From: a virus
Taxonomy: Duplodnaviria > Caudoviricetes
DNA length: 56,900 nt
Reading direction: 5' to 3' (one strand)
Virus record (IMG/VR): IMGVR_UViG_3300048597_000631
Location: 1 to 56,900 of that record
Positions 34,510 through 42,759 of the stretch are shown in pieces (position 1 is the first letter of the stretch; every line of letters begins with the position of its first letter). The translations under genes were made by a program, and so were the position numbers. The notes under the pieces were generated by a model. It was not told the DNA's origin. It saw only the letters and a program-made list of their open reading frames with translations, and searched no databases.

Positions 34510-35723
34510 CGTGGCTGAACTTTGCCGGCCAGCCGCTGGGCGGCCAGTCGCTGCTTTTCTGCGCGCTCATCGTCGGTGTAGGCCACCTGCGGCCGGCGAA
34601 ACGTCCTGCCGCTCGTTTGCTGGCTCTCGGCGGCTTTGCGCTCCCGTTCGGCGCGCTTTCGCGCGGCGTCGTCGCTGCCCTGAACCGGCACATCCGGCGG
34701 CGCTTCAAACAGCACCATCTGGCCGGTTTCGGCGTAGTCCTCGAGTATCTTCACCATCACCGCCGGCGCGCTCTTCACGTCCTTGCGCGCGGCAGTGCGT
34801 TCCTGGGCCTTGCGCATGTCGGCCAGGATTTCCTCGGCGCGCTCGGCTGAGAATGACTTTGCGGCCAGCGCGACGATGTGGCCGGCCAGCGCCGTCCGCT
34901 TTGGGTTGCCGATGCCGAACTCAGCCAGCAGGTTGTTCACCCGCTTCCGGAAATCCGCTAAAAGTTCAAAGTTCAGATTTTGGTCAGCATGCATGCATGC
35001 ATGCAGTGATTCACTATTACTAGTACGTACTTGTACAGAATGCATGGTTGAACTTTGAACTTTGAACTCTGAACTTTGAACTTTGAGACCGCTTTCGGGC
35101 GCTTTTATGCTCAAATCTGAACTTTGAGCCGTGGCTAAAAGTTCAGAGTTCATTTTCTCCGGTTCGTTTATGGAAGAATCTGAACTTTGAGAAGTTGAAA
35201 GTTCATTTTTTATGCTCAAATCTGAACACTCTGGAGAGTGCAGCACGCTTTGAACTTTGAACTCTGAACTTTGAAGATGTTGATCTTCGTGGCCGGCGGG
35301 CGGCGTGGGGTGTGCTGGGGGGTGCTGGGGTGTGCTGGGGGGTGCTGGCGCAAGGGGGGCTAGTGTTGGGGCGCTCATGCCGGGTGATGTTGCATCCGGC
35401 TGGGCGTGCTGAAAAGCGGCCTGTTCTGGCGATGCATTGGCCTGTTCTGGCCTGTGCTCTGGCCGGGTCAGCAGGTATTCAGTGGCGCCGTGCTTGTGGC
35501 GCACGCGCGCGATCCAGCCGGCCTCTTCCAGTTCGCCGAGATATTTCACGACGAGTGAATAGGCGCAGCCGGCCTGCGCGGCAATCGCCTTCCCGCTGGA
35601 GGTGAGCCGGCGCGCGGCGCCGGCGGTGCGGGAAAGATGTTCATACAGCAGCTGGGCTTTTCTGCCGAGCCACGGTGTTTCGTTCTGCAATGTCGTGACC
35701 TCGTCGGTCACAGGGCTTGACAT
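34506..35723 (-). CDS. Replication initiator (N-terminal wHTH) with internal iterons
   Basis: wHTH 'SGKAIAAQAGCAYSLVVKYLGELEEAGWI'; internal heptamer repeats as in lambda O-type genes. Confidence 0.72.
   Translation of the reverse strand: MSSPVTDEVTTLQNETPWLGRKAQLLYEHLSRTAGAARRLTSSGKAIAAQAGCAYSLVVKYLGELEEAGWIARVRHKHGATEYLLTRPEHRPEQANASPEQAAFQHAQPDATSPGMSAPTLAPLAPAPPSTPQHPPAHPTPPAGHEDQHLQSSEFKVQSVLHSPECSDLSIKNELSTSQSSDSSINEPEKMNSELLATAQSSDLSIKAPESGLKVQSSEFKVQSSTMHSVQVRTSNSESLHACMHADQNLNFELLADFRKRVNNLLAEFGIGNPKRTALAGHIVALAAKSFSAERAEEILADMRKAQERTAARKDVKSAPAVMVKILEDYAETGQMVLFEAPPDVPVQGSDDAARKRAERERKAAESQQTSGRTFRRPQVAYTDDERAEKQRLAAQRLAGKVQPR
34958..35275. repeat. Putative replication origin (TGAACT[T/C] iterons)
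   Basis: Five tandem heptamers at 35049-35083, three at 35251-35271, inverted copies near 34961 and 35138, 20-bp direct repeat 35103-35122/35208-35227, AT-rich segment. Confidence 0.75.
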
Positions 35724-35829
35724 GCGTTGCAAGATAATTACAATCTTGCACGGTGTTCACTGCCCGTGACCACCAGTCCTAAGTCCGATCGATTTCCTGA
35801 GGAGGATGCGTCGAGCGGACTTTTTTTTT
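35717..35829 (+). ncRNA. Putative counter-transcribed antisense RNA (~80 nt) with its promoter, over the initiator leader
   Basis: TTGACA(35717)-N16-TACAAT(35739); hairpin AAGTCCGATCGA...TCGAGCGGACTT followed by a long T run ending at 35829. Confidence 0.6.
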
Positions 35830-35832
35830 GCC

Positions 35833-36135
35833 TTACGCCGGCACAAGTTCTTCGATGGGGACATACTCAGTCCTGCTTTTTGCGTTTTTGGTTGCGCCGG
35901 CGGCCTCTTTTGGGGTGAGCCCCAGATATTCGCGCGCCGCCGTTCTCCACACTGCTGCACGGTCAACCTTCGCATTCGGGTTTTCGCGTTTTATTTCATC
36001 GACATAGGCGTCGATGGCTTCGTCGAGTTCTGGGTCGACGCGGATCGTGTCGCGCTTTTCTGCGGGAAGCTCCCGCTTGATCTGCTGCTTCAACCGATTC
36101 AACACTTCTTCATTGATCGCTCGCTTTTTTGTCAC
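35833..36135 (-). CDS. Ribbon-helix-helix / Arc-like regulator
   Basis: 'TIRVDPELDEAIDAYV...VDRAAVWRTAAREYL'; AGGAGG SD before GTG. Confidence 0.7.
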   Translation of the reverse strand: MTKKRAINEEVLNRLKQQIKRELPAEKRDTIRVDPELDEAIDAYVDEIKRENPNAKVDRAAVWRTAAREYLGLTPKEAAGATKNAKSRTEYVPIEELVPA

Positions 36136-36164
36136 TCTTAATCGCCTCCTGACAGGTTTCAATA

Positions 36165-36197
36165 GTGACTATAAGGTCACGTCGGACATTTTGTCAA
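36165..36197 (-). promoter_or_regulatory. Leftward early promoter with GTGAC-N6-GTCAC operator
   Basis: TTGACA-N18-TATAGT; operator 36165-36180 overlaps the -10. Confidence 0.65.
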
Positions 36198-36204
36198 GTG
36201 CAAC

Positions 36205-36234
36205 AAAAAACCCCGTTCGATTGAACGGGGTTTT
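36205..36234 (-). terminator. Bidirectional intrinsic terminator
   Basis: AAAAAACCCCGTTC-GATT-GAACGGGGTTTT. Confidence 0.8.
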
Positions 36235-36250
36235 GTGAACGCGTTTCAGG

Positions 36251-36568
36251 CTACTCATACGTCAGCGCCAGCATGTGCCAGGTTGCCTCGCGCCATTCCA
36301 TCCGGCATCTGTAGTGCATGCGCAGCATGGCGCCGAAGCTGTTTTCGGCATCAACATACGAATACACATTCCACTTGCTGGTGTTGGCTTGATCGATCTC
36401 GATGCGCGCTTCATCCGCCGGCGGAAATTTTGCAGTGGCTGGCGCTTTGAGTTTGGTCAACACGAAGTCGTAACAGGTGCGCACAGCCAGCGTCTCACGT
36501 GAGGGCGGCGGCTGGTTGCAGCTCGTGAGCAGCCAGAAGACCAGAAGAAGATAGGTTGTCGTTTTCAT
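36251..36568 (-). CDS. Lipoprotein
   Basis: LTSC lipobox; 'LKAPATAKFP...SYVDAENSFGA' family motif. Confidence 0.75.
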   Translation of the reverse strand: MKTTTYLLLVFWLLTSCNQPPPSRETLAVRTCYDFVLTKLKAPATAKFPPADEARIEIDQANTSKWNVYSYVDAENSFGAMLRMHYRCRMEWREATWHMLALTYE

Positions 36569-37311
36569 TTCTCTTCAATCGAGCCCATCTCCAGCGTCCG
36601 CACTGTTTGCAATCCATACAGACGATAGGGCACGCCCGCGAACTCGGTTTCTTTCACCACGCCAGGCTCAGTGATCGTTCCCATTGTGGTAGCCACCCAC
36701 TCGCGCGCGTCGCGCGGCTGCGCGTTGTCATACGGCATGGTGGCGATGAATCCCAGAATGCCCATTGCAGCCAGATCCTCGTCGCTATACTGGATCACCG
36801 TCGCATCGATGTAATCGACCGACTGAAGCGACCTGCCCCACACTTCCACGCTCGACTCATATTGCAGCGCCGGCTTCTCGCTCTTGCACCGCCACACGTA
36901 GTAATTGCCCGAGGGCGTCGGCTCGGCGGCCTCGCACGTGAAGTCGCGCTGCTCCAGGTTGACCGTGATATCTGCCGGCTGCAACCCAGGGATCGTGCCG
37001 CCGCCGGCGCTCACCTGATCAGGCGCAGCGACCGCTGCCACCGTCGGCGCCGCTGTGGGGGCTTCTGCCGGCGCAGCGGTCGCTTGTTCGGTCGGGGCTG
37101 CCGCAGGTGGCTCGGTGGCCGTCGGTTCGGTGGCCGTCGGCTCGATGAGCACGTCTTGCACAGCTGGGGCGGGCGTTGCCGTCGCCGGCTGGCTCGGCGA
37201 CAGCACTGCGCCGAGCACGCTCAGCCCGCAGCAGGCGATGACGATCGCAAGTGCGCCAATGAGGATTTTCGAAAGGGTGCTACGTTTGGGTTTGGAAGAT
37301 GTGTTTTGCAT
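36565..37311 (-). CDS. Membrane-anchored surface protein with PT-rich linker
   Basis: N-terminal TM with 'IACCG', PT repeats, globular C-terminal domain. Confidence 0.75.
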   Translation of the reverse strand: MQNTSSKPKRSTLSKILIGALAIVIACCGLSVLGAVLSPSQPATATPAPAVQDVLIEPTATEPTATEPPAAAPTEQATAAPAEAPTAAPTVAAVAAPDQVSAGGGTIPGLQPADITVNLEQRDFTCEAAEPTPSGNYYVWRCKSEKPALQYESSVEVWGRSLQSVDYIDATVIQYSDEDLAAMGILGFIATMPYDNAQPRDAREWVATTMGTITEPGVVKETEFAGVPYRLYGLQTVRTLEMGSIEEK

Positions 37312-37442
37312 GGGATCCTCGACAACAGTGATGCCAAGGGATGCAAACACATTACACAGCGTGCGACATCCCCCGCCTCACCTGGTCTAGGGTGATAGTC
37401 GCACATCGCCGGCGCCGGCGCATCGGTCAGAGGCATGAATGC

Positions 37443-37475
37443 AAAAGAAAACCCCGCCAGTGCCGGCGGGGTAAA
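37443..37475 (-). terminator. Intrinsic terminator after the GHKL gene
   Basis: ACCCCGCC...GGCGGGGT stem followed by TTTCTTTT on the minus strand. Confidence 0.7.
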
Positions 37476-37501
37476 CATTGCCTTGCGAATCTGCTGTGTC
37501 T

Positions 37502-39454
37502 CTACGCTGGATCAGTAACCGTCACGGGTTCAACGTGGATGCTTGTGTCTGCGAATACATCCTTGTTCAACTTCTGAATCTTATCTTTTAGCCTGAATGT
37601 GCGAGCATGTGCACGGCGGATGATGACTTCATACGGCGCCGCGAAGATGGTTGTGTTGCCTTCTTGTATTACGTCGCGCGCATTGGACTTAACCTCACAA
37701 CCAAGCACGTAACAGACGATCTTTGTATATTCCTGTATCTTGCCACTCTCTCGAAGAATTGACGCATAGTTGGCCGCCTGCATCCGTTCTTCTCGTCCAA
37801 TTTTGAATCCGCCACGCTTAAGTTCAAGGATAAATATGTGATCAAACCCAACAACTTCAGGATCGACACTTTGATCAAGAGATCCAAAACGCTCGCTGGC
37901 ATAGAAACCCAAAGAGCCATCTGGAAGCGCTACAAAATCCGCCCGCTTGCGTGGGTCACTGAGCTTTGCCTTATCATCGCCCAGAAGATCGCGCACCACT
38001 GTCGCGAGTGTTCGGTTGGATTGGAAGTGCACTGACTCATATTCTGGGCCAAATATCCATAGCCCATTTTCAAACAGCGGGTGAATTTCATGCAGCTCAT
38101 CAGTCGTTGGATTGCCCACGCGTTCCTCAAGTGCTTCAATCAACTTCAGCCGCCGATCCAATTCATCTAAAACGAGATACGCCTCTCTCACAGACCACTT
38201 CTCAAGCAGTGTATGCAGCTGATCCAGTTCGCTTGAAGATAGATGCGCAAGCTGTCTAAGCAAATCGGTTCCAGACCGAGAACGCTCCATCTGTGTAAGG
38301 ACGGTCAGCATGTAATCCAAATCCTTATTCGATAGCGTAGGGCGTTCCCGCTGCGCGATGTCGATAAACTCATTGATGAAATAACGAGATCCGTTGGACA
38401 ACTCTCGCAACTCTCTGCCGTGGTTGCTCAAAGCCTTCTTTTTTTGTGCCAACAATTCCGCGCTGAATAGACGTTGGATTTCACGGTTAATGTAGTCACG
38501 AACTTCGATGCGCACCTTCTCCACTGCAGGGGAATCTTTGAATCCTGTCCAGTCCGTTTCTACGTGGTCTTCCAGCACATCGGCTTTCACAATGAAGCTA
38601 TAACTTCGCGCTTCAGCCAACCGGCGATCAATGGCCATCTGTTGTTCATCGCCATGCTTCCATGATGGCGTGTCGATCAGTTTTTTGTTCACCCACCACG
38701 CAATCCCATGCTGGGTGCTTGCCCGACCAACCACGGGGCTTTGCACACGAAAGACAATAACGTCGCCAACATCTTTCACATGCAATGTCTTGCTATGTCC
38801 TGTATTTAGATCGGTGAAATCAATGGGTTGATCGTTGACCATGATTTTGAATGCAGGATCCAATGCGAATTTTGTGCTCAGCAGCTTGCTTACATCGCTG
38901 ACCGACAATGCTCCGCGCACAAGCCTGCAAGACAAAATCGTACCATGGCCATCCCTTGGCGCAAGCTTCTCGCGGGTAACTTGAACTGGCAACTTTGCCA
39001 TTCCTTTTACCCACCGCACATGCCATCGCGAACATTCACCGTTCTTCCACGTTTCGACTGTGTATAAGTCAGCAAAGCAGAACATGCTGTGTCTGCCCTT
39101 GCCGTTGCGTCCGTGGGCCTTTCGGGGTGATGTTGCGTTGCCTGCTGGGAAAATCACTTCCCGCCCCTGCTTTGATACACGGCTGTAATTCCATGTCATC
39201 CAGCGATCTTGGAATTCAGCGATGGTCATTCCCGTGCCATCATCCTCAATCACAATTTCTTCATCTGGCGCTGCGTCCATCGACTTTTCAATTTTTGGCC
39301 ATGTGATCTTCACAACATTCGCGCCAGCATCCCATGCATTGGAGATCACTTCGACGAGTGCGATTTGTGAATCTTTGAGTAAACGCCCAGCATGGTCGAT
39401 GAGAAATTCAGACCCATACGTAAATGCTATTGATGATTTAGGTGTTTTGGGCAT
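37502..39454 (-). CDS. GHKL (HATPase_c_3/MORC-like) ATPase fused to a PD-(D/E)xK nuclease-like domain
   Basis: 'EVISNAWDA','DDGTGM','GRNGKG' GHKL motifs; C-terminal 'RADF...ILELKR...QAANY'; visibly lower GC. Confidence 0.8.
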   Translation of the reverse strand: MPKTPKSSIAFTYGSEFLIDHAGRLLKDSQIALVEVISNAWDAGANVVKITWPKIEKSMDAAPDEEIVIEDDGTGMTIAEFQDRWMTWNYSRVSKQGREVIFPAGNATSPRKAHGRNGKGRHSMFCFADLYTVETWKNGECSRWHVRWVKGMAKLPVQVTREKLAPRDGHGTILSCRLVRGALSVSDVSKLLSTKFALDPAFKIMVNDQPIDFTDLNTGHSKTLHVKDVGDVIVFRVQSPVVGRASTQHGIAWWVNKKLIDTPSWKHGDEQQMAIDRRLAEARSYSFIVKADVLEDHVETDWTGFKDSPAVEKVRIEVRDYINREIQRLFSAELLAQKKKALSNHGRELRELSNGSRYFINEFIDIAQRERPTLSNKDLDYMLTVLTQMERSRSGTDLLRQLAHLSSSELDQLHTLLEKWSVREAYLVLDELDRRLKLIEALEERVGNPTTDELHEIHPLFENGLWIFGPEYESVHFQSNRTLATVVRDLLGDDKAKLSDPRKRADFVALPDGSLGFYASERFGSLDQSVDPEVVGFDHIFILELKRGGFKIGREERMQAANYASILRESGKIQEYTKIVCYVLGCEVKSNARDVIQEGNTTIFAAPYEVIIRRAHARTFRLKDKIQKLNKDVFADTSIHVEPVTVTDPA

Positions 39455-39486
39455 GAGCAATTAAGGCTTTTGTTAGTAATAAGTGG

Positions 39487-39861
39487 TTACCGCCCAATCC
39501 AGCACCGCACGCCGCCATGCCGGCTGCACGCGCCGCTGCCCGTCGCGCTCGACGAGGTGCCGTCATTGCAAATCGCCCCCACCCTCGTCGTGCCGGTGCT
39601 GTTTGGGCACCACGGCGCGCCGGTGGGCGGATTCGGCGGTTGCGGGTTTGCCGTGGGCAGGACCGTCGGCGCCGGCGCTGTTGTCGGCACCAGCGTCGGC
39701 ACAGGTGCAGCCGTCGGCGCCGGCGCTGTTGCCGCAGCCGGCTTTTGCACGATCGGCAAATACGACACCGGCACAACGCCCTCGGCGCTCGCCGGCAGAA
39801 TCGCCACGGCAACGAAGCACACACACGCGATGATGAGCGCAATGACACTGCGCTGTTTCAT
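39487..39861 (-). CDS. Secreted DUF3761-like protein
   Basis: Signal peptide, 'SYLPIV', PT linker, 'AICNDGT.S...GACSRHGGV'. Confidence 0.75.
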   Translation of the reverse strand: MKQRSVIALIIACVCFVAVAILPASAEGVVPVSYLPIVQKPAAATAPAPTAAPVPTLVPTTAPAPTVLPTANPQPPNPPTGAPWCPNSTGTTRVGAICNDGTSSSATGSGACSRHGGVRCWIGR

Positions 39862-39962
39862 GATCTAACCCCCGTTATTTTTAGTCCACGAATACCCACA
39901 GCCGGCCGTCATCGCCGATCTGCCACGTGCCGCGCTGAAGCTGGCGCTCGATCTTGACCACT

Positions 39963-40385
39963 TCAATGACGAGCGGGAGCACGCCCGCCCTTCGCACCCT
40001 GTTTGCCAGCACCCGCGCTTGTATTCTTTTTGCCCCGCTGCGCGACATGTCGAATAAGGGTTGCCACCAGCGAGAATGTCTGCTTTCGCTCTTCCGGATC
40101 GTCGATGTCATTGAGCAGCCCTGAAAGAACCTGTGCTTCCTCATCGTCCATCACCTGCTTTTCTGGAAGAATCCCGAACTCTCTATATACGACCTCAGTA
40201 GGCATCCCCAGACCGGACGCTATTCCAGTTGCAAGTTTTTTCCCAACGTTTCGTTTACCTGAATAGACGTTGGTCAATGCAGCAGGATTGAAATTGCCGC
40301 GTCGGGCCAACTCCGCGCGATCAATGCCTTGCGCTCGCAATTGTTCATTCAACCACGCGAGTCCTTCGTCAGTCGTTTTGTTCAC
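39963..40385 (-). CDS. CI-like XRE-family repressor
   Basis: HTH 'RAELARRGNFNPAALTNVYSGKR'; divergent from the rightward early operon. Confidence 0.8.
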   Translation of the reverse strand: MNKTTDEGLAWLNEQLRAQGIDRAELARRGNFNPAALTNVYSGKRNVGKKLATGIASGLGMPTEVVYREFGILPEKQVMDDEEAQVLSGLLNDIDDPEERKQTFSLVATLIRHVAQRGKKNTSAGAGKQGAKGGRAPARH

Positions 40386-40414
40386 AGGAATACAGTTTAA
40401 AACTCATTACTTTT

Positions 40415-40490
40415 GTGACCACAAAGTCACTATTGACAAAACGTCAGACATTTGCTAAAGTCACTTTTGTATCCAAAAGTTCACTATTGA
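40415..40490 (+). promoter_or_regulatory. Rightward early promoter and operators
   Basis: GTGAC-N6-GTCAC at 40415-40430; TTGACA(40433)-N17-TAAAGT; further GTCACT/TTCACTATTGA half-sites. Confidence 0.72.
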
Positions 40491-40551
40491 TTAGTCTCCT
40501 TTTAGGCTTAGGACACCTGAAAACGAGGCAAAGGACAAAGGTCACGGGCAT

Positions 40552-40950
40552 ATGGAATCGAATGAAATGAACAACCCCACGCCGGCAATCGAGGACGCCA
40601 TCGCCGACACGCATGCCGTCCCCGCCACGCACGCCGGCATCGAGTGGTATCGCCGGCAGCTCTACCGCACCGAGTGCGCGCTCGCCGACGCCACCGCCGT
40701 CAATCAAGACCTCAAGACCGAGAACGCAAACCTGCGTCAGGAAGCGGTCGAGCTGCACGAGCTGCTCGCCGTGGCCAACGAGACGATTGGCAACCTTGAG
40801 CGGTCGCTGCAAACCGAGCGCGGGCTGGTGCGGCTGGCCATCGACGCCGCCGGCCTGTTCAGCCTCACCGAGCGCAGCCGGCGCATGCTGCGCGTCCACA
40901 ACGCCGTTCGCATCCACAACGCCGTGCGCATGCAGCGCATGCACCTGTAG
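40552..40950 (+). CDS. Coiled-coil hypothetical protein
   Basis: First ORF after the promoter; heptad pattern. Confidence 0.6.
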   Translation: MESNEMNNPTPAIEDAIADTHAVPATHAGIEWYRRQLYRTECALADATAVNQDLKTENANLRQEAVELHELLAVANETIGNLERSLQTERGLVRLAIDAAGLFSLTERSRRMLRVHNAVRIHNAVRMQRMHL

Positions 40951-40990
40951 GGCTCATCCACACCCCATTCATCCGACAGGAGAACCACCG

Positions 40991-41419
40991 ATGACCACCT
41001 ACAGACAGCGATGGAAATATCACCAGACCGGCACGCCGGCCAGCATCGCTCACCACGCCGCCATCCGTGCCGCTGAGACCATGCCGCCGGCGCCGCCGAC
41101 ACTGGCGTCGCGCATGAGCCAGGCCGCCTGGGACGCCGTGTTTGGGCGCACCGAAGCCGAGCGCGAAGCAGCCATCGTCGCGCTGGCCGGCCTCGTGCAG
41201 GAGGCACACGAGGCCGGCCTCATGATCGATGTGACCCACAACCGCGACGATCTGCGCCGCGATTCATCGAAGCACTGCATTGTGTTTCACCTGCGCCGGC
41301 CAGGCCAGCCGGAGGATGTGCCGGCAACGCGCGTGTTCCTGCGCACCGTCACGCGCACCACGCACGATGCGATCATGCCGCGAGTGCGCAAGATGTTCGT
41401 GGAGGAGGTGCCGGCGTGA
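40991..41419 (+). CDS. Hypothetical protein
   Basis: AGGAG SD; ends EVPA. Confidence 0.65.
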   Translation: MTTYRQRWKYHQTGTPASIAHHAAIRAAETMPPAPPTLASRMSQAAWDAVFGRTEAEREAAIVALAGLVQEAHEAGLMIDVTHNRDDLRRDSSKHCIVFHLRRPGQPEDVPATRVFLRTVTRTTHDAIMPRVRKMFVEEVPA

Positions 41420-41694
41420 TCCAGTTCCCCTCCGACCGCCCCGACCGCGATCAAAAGCACGTCGCCGGCAGCCAGCGGGCCGCCGACAAGCAGATCGCCC
41501 GCAACACGCGCAAGGCCGCGCGCCGCGCGCAATCCACGCCCTCGCAACGGCACCTCACCACCGAGCCTGTCGAAGCCCGACGCGAGGAACGGCCTGGCTG
41601 CATGATGAGCATGCCCGACAAAATGCTCTACGTTTTTGCGTTTGGATGCATGGCGCTGGCCATCGTGGCCGCGTTGATAGGAGGTGCGCGATGA
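41416..41694 (+). CDS. Small protein with C-terminal TM helix
   Basis: GTGA coupling; hydrophobic tail. Confidence 0.6.
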   Translation: MIQFPSDRPDRDQKHVAGSQRAADKQIARNTRKAARRAQSTPSQRHLTTEPVEARREERPGCMMSMPDKMLYVFAFGCMALAIVAALIGGAR

Positions 41695-42035
41695 GCCTTG
41701 TCGGCACGCAACTCACCTTCACCGCGCCGGCGCCTGCGCACAACGGCACACCCACCAGTCGCGCCGCAGCCGAGCGCATCGAACCCGCCGCCGGCACGTT
41801 GCGCCGGCAAGTGCTCGATTACATCCGCGCCCGGGGCGAGCAGGGCGCGACCGACGAAGAGATGCAGGATGCGCTGCGCATGAACCCATCGACGCAGCGT
41901 CCGCGCCGCATCGAGCTGTGCGACATGGGCTGGGTTGAGCGCACCGACACGACGCGCAAGACCCGCAGCGGCCGCGACGCCGCTGTATATCGCACTACGG
42001 CAATCACGCCCGTCATTGTTGAGGTGAAGCCGTGA
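41691..42035 (+). CDS. Winged-helix DNA-binding protein
   Basis: 'QVLDYI...GATDEE...RPRRIEL...RKTRSGRDAAV'. Confidence 0.75.
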   Translation: MSLVGTQLTFTAPAPAHNGTPTSRAAAERIEPAAGTLRRQVLDYIRARGEQGATDEEMQDALRMNPSTQRPRRIELCDMGWVERTDTTRKTRSGRDAAVYRTTAITPVIVEVKP

Positions 42036-42691
42036 GCAACGACAGCTACAACTCCCTCGACCTCAAGGGCGGCCGGCGCGTGAGCGGCGACGATCTGCGC
42101 AACACGCGCACGACGATGCGCTTCGGCGATTCACCCCGCACGATCTGGCGCAATCCGCGCCCCACAGGCCGCGCCGGCAGTGCGCCCACGTTTCAAGTGA
42201 TCCAGCAGGCTGACGGCCGGCTGAACACTCGGCGGCTCGCAGCGGCGTCCCCCCTGCAAACCGTCGTGAATTCCTCCCCTCGCCGGCGCGCCCTGAGCAA
42301 GCGTGCCGGCCTTCTCCTCCTCGTCCTGGCGCTGGTGGCGCTGGCGTTCTTCGCCTCCCCGATCCTCAGTCCTCGTTCCTCGGACAGAGGAACGAGGATC
42401 TGGGGAGGCGCCGCCAGTGCCAGGGCCCAGGAGATCGGGGAGCCCTGGTGCCAGGTCAGCGCGCCCATGCTGCCATCACAGGCAGGTCTGCGGTGTATTG
42501 AACCGCGCATCTATCTGCCGCTCATCATCGGAGGCCGACATGGAGATCAGTCCGCTCGGAATCATCGTCGTGCTGGTGATTCTCTTTCTGTGGGCAATCA
42601 CGGAAGAGCGTCATCCGCAATAGGAGTGAATCGTGCGCTGTTGTCGCGTGACATCAGCGTGGCCAATGGCTCGGGCTCACGATTGCGCTGA
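42032..42691 (+). CDS. Membrane/secreted protein with 'IYLPLI' motif (C-terminal extent uncertain)
   Basis: TM helix and Chloroflexota-type YLPLI motif. Confidence 0.45.
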   Translation: MSNDSYNSLDLKGGRRVSGDDLRNTRTTMRFGDSPRTIWRNPRPTGRAGSAPTFQVIQQADGRLNTRRLAAASPLQTVVNSSPRRRALSKRAGLLLLVLALVALAFFASPILSPRSSDRGTRIWGGAASARAQEIGEPWCQVSAPMLPSQAGLRCIEPRIYLPLIIGGRHGDQSARNHRRAGDSLSVGNHGRASSAIGVNRALLSRDISVANGSGSRLR

Positions 42692-42759
42692 GCCGCGTTG
42701 CCGGCGCGTGGTGAATGAATACCCCCCACTACGCGCCGGCTCTCCTGGAGGAGAAAGAC

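Noticed and set aside
33902-34708. 268-aa LuxR ORF as listed in the track
   Set aside because: The upstream part overlaps the rep and LexA-like genes; the likely start is GTG at 34171 with a GGAG SD
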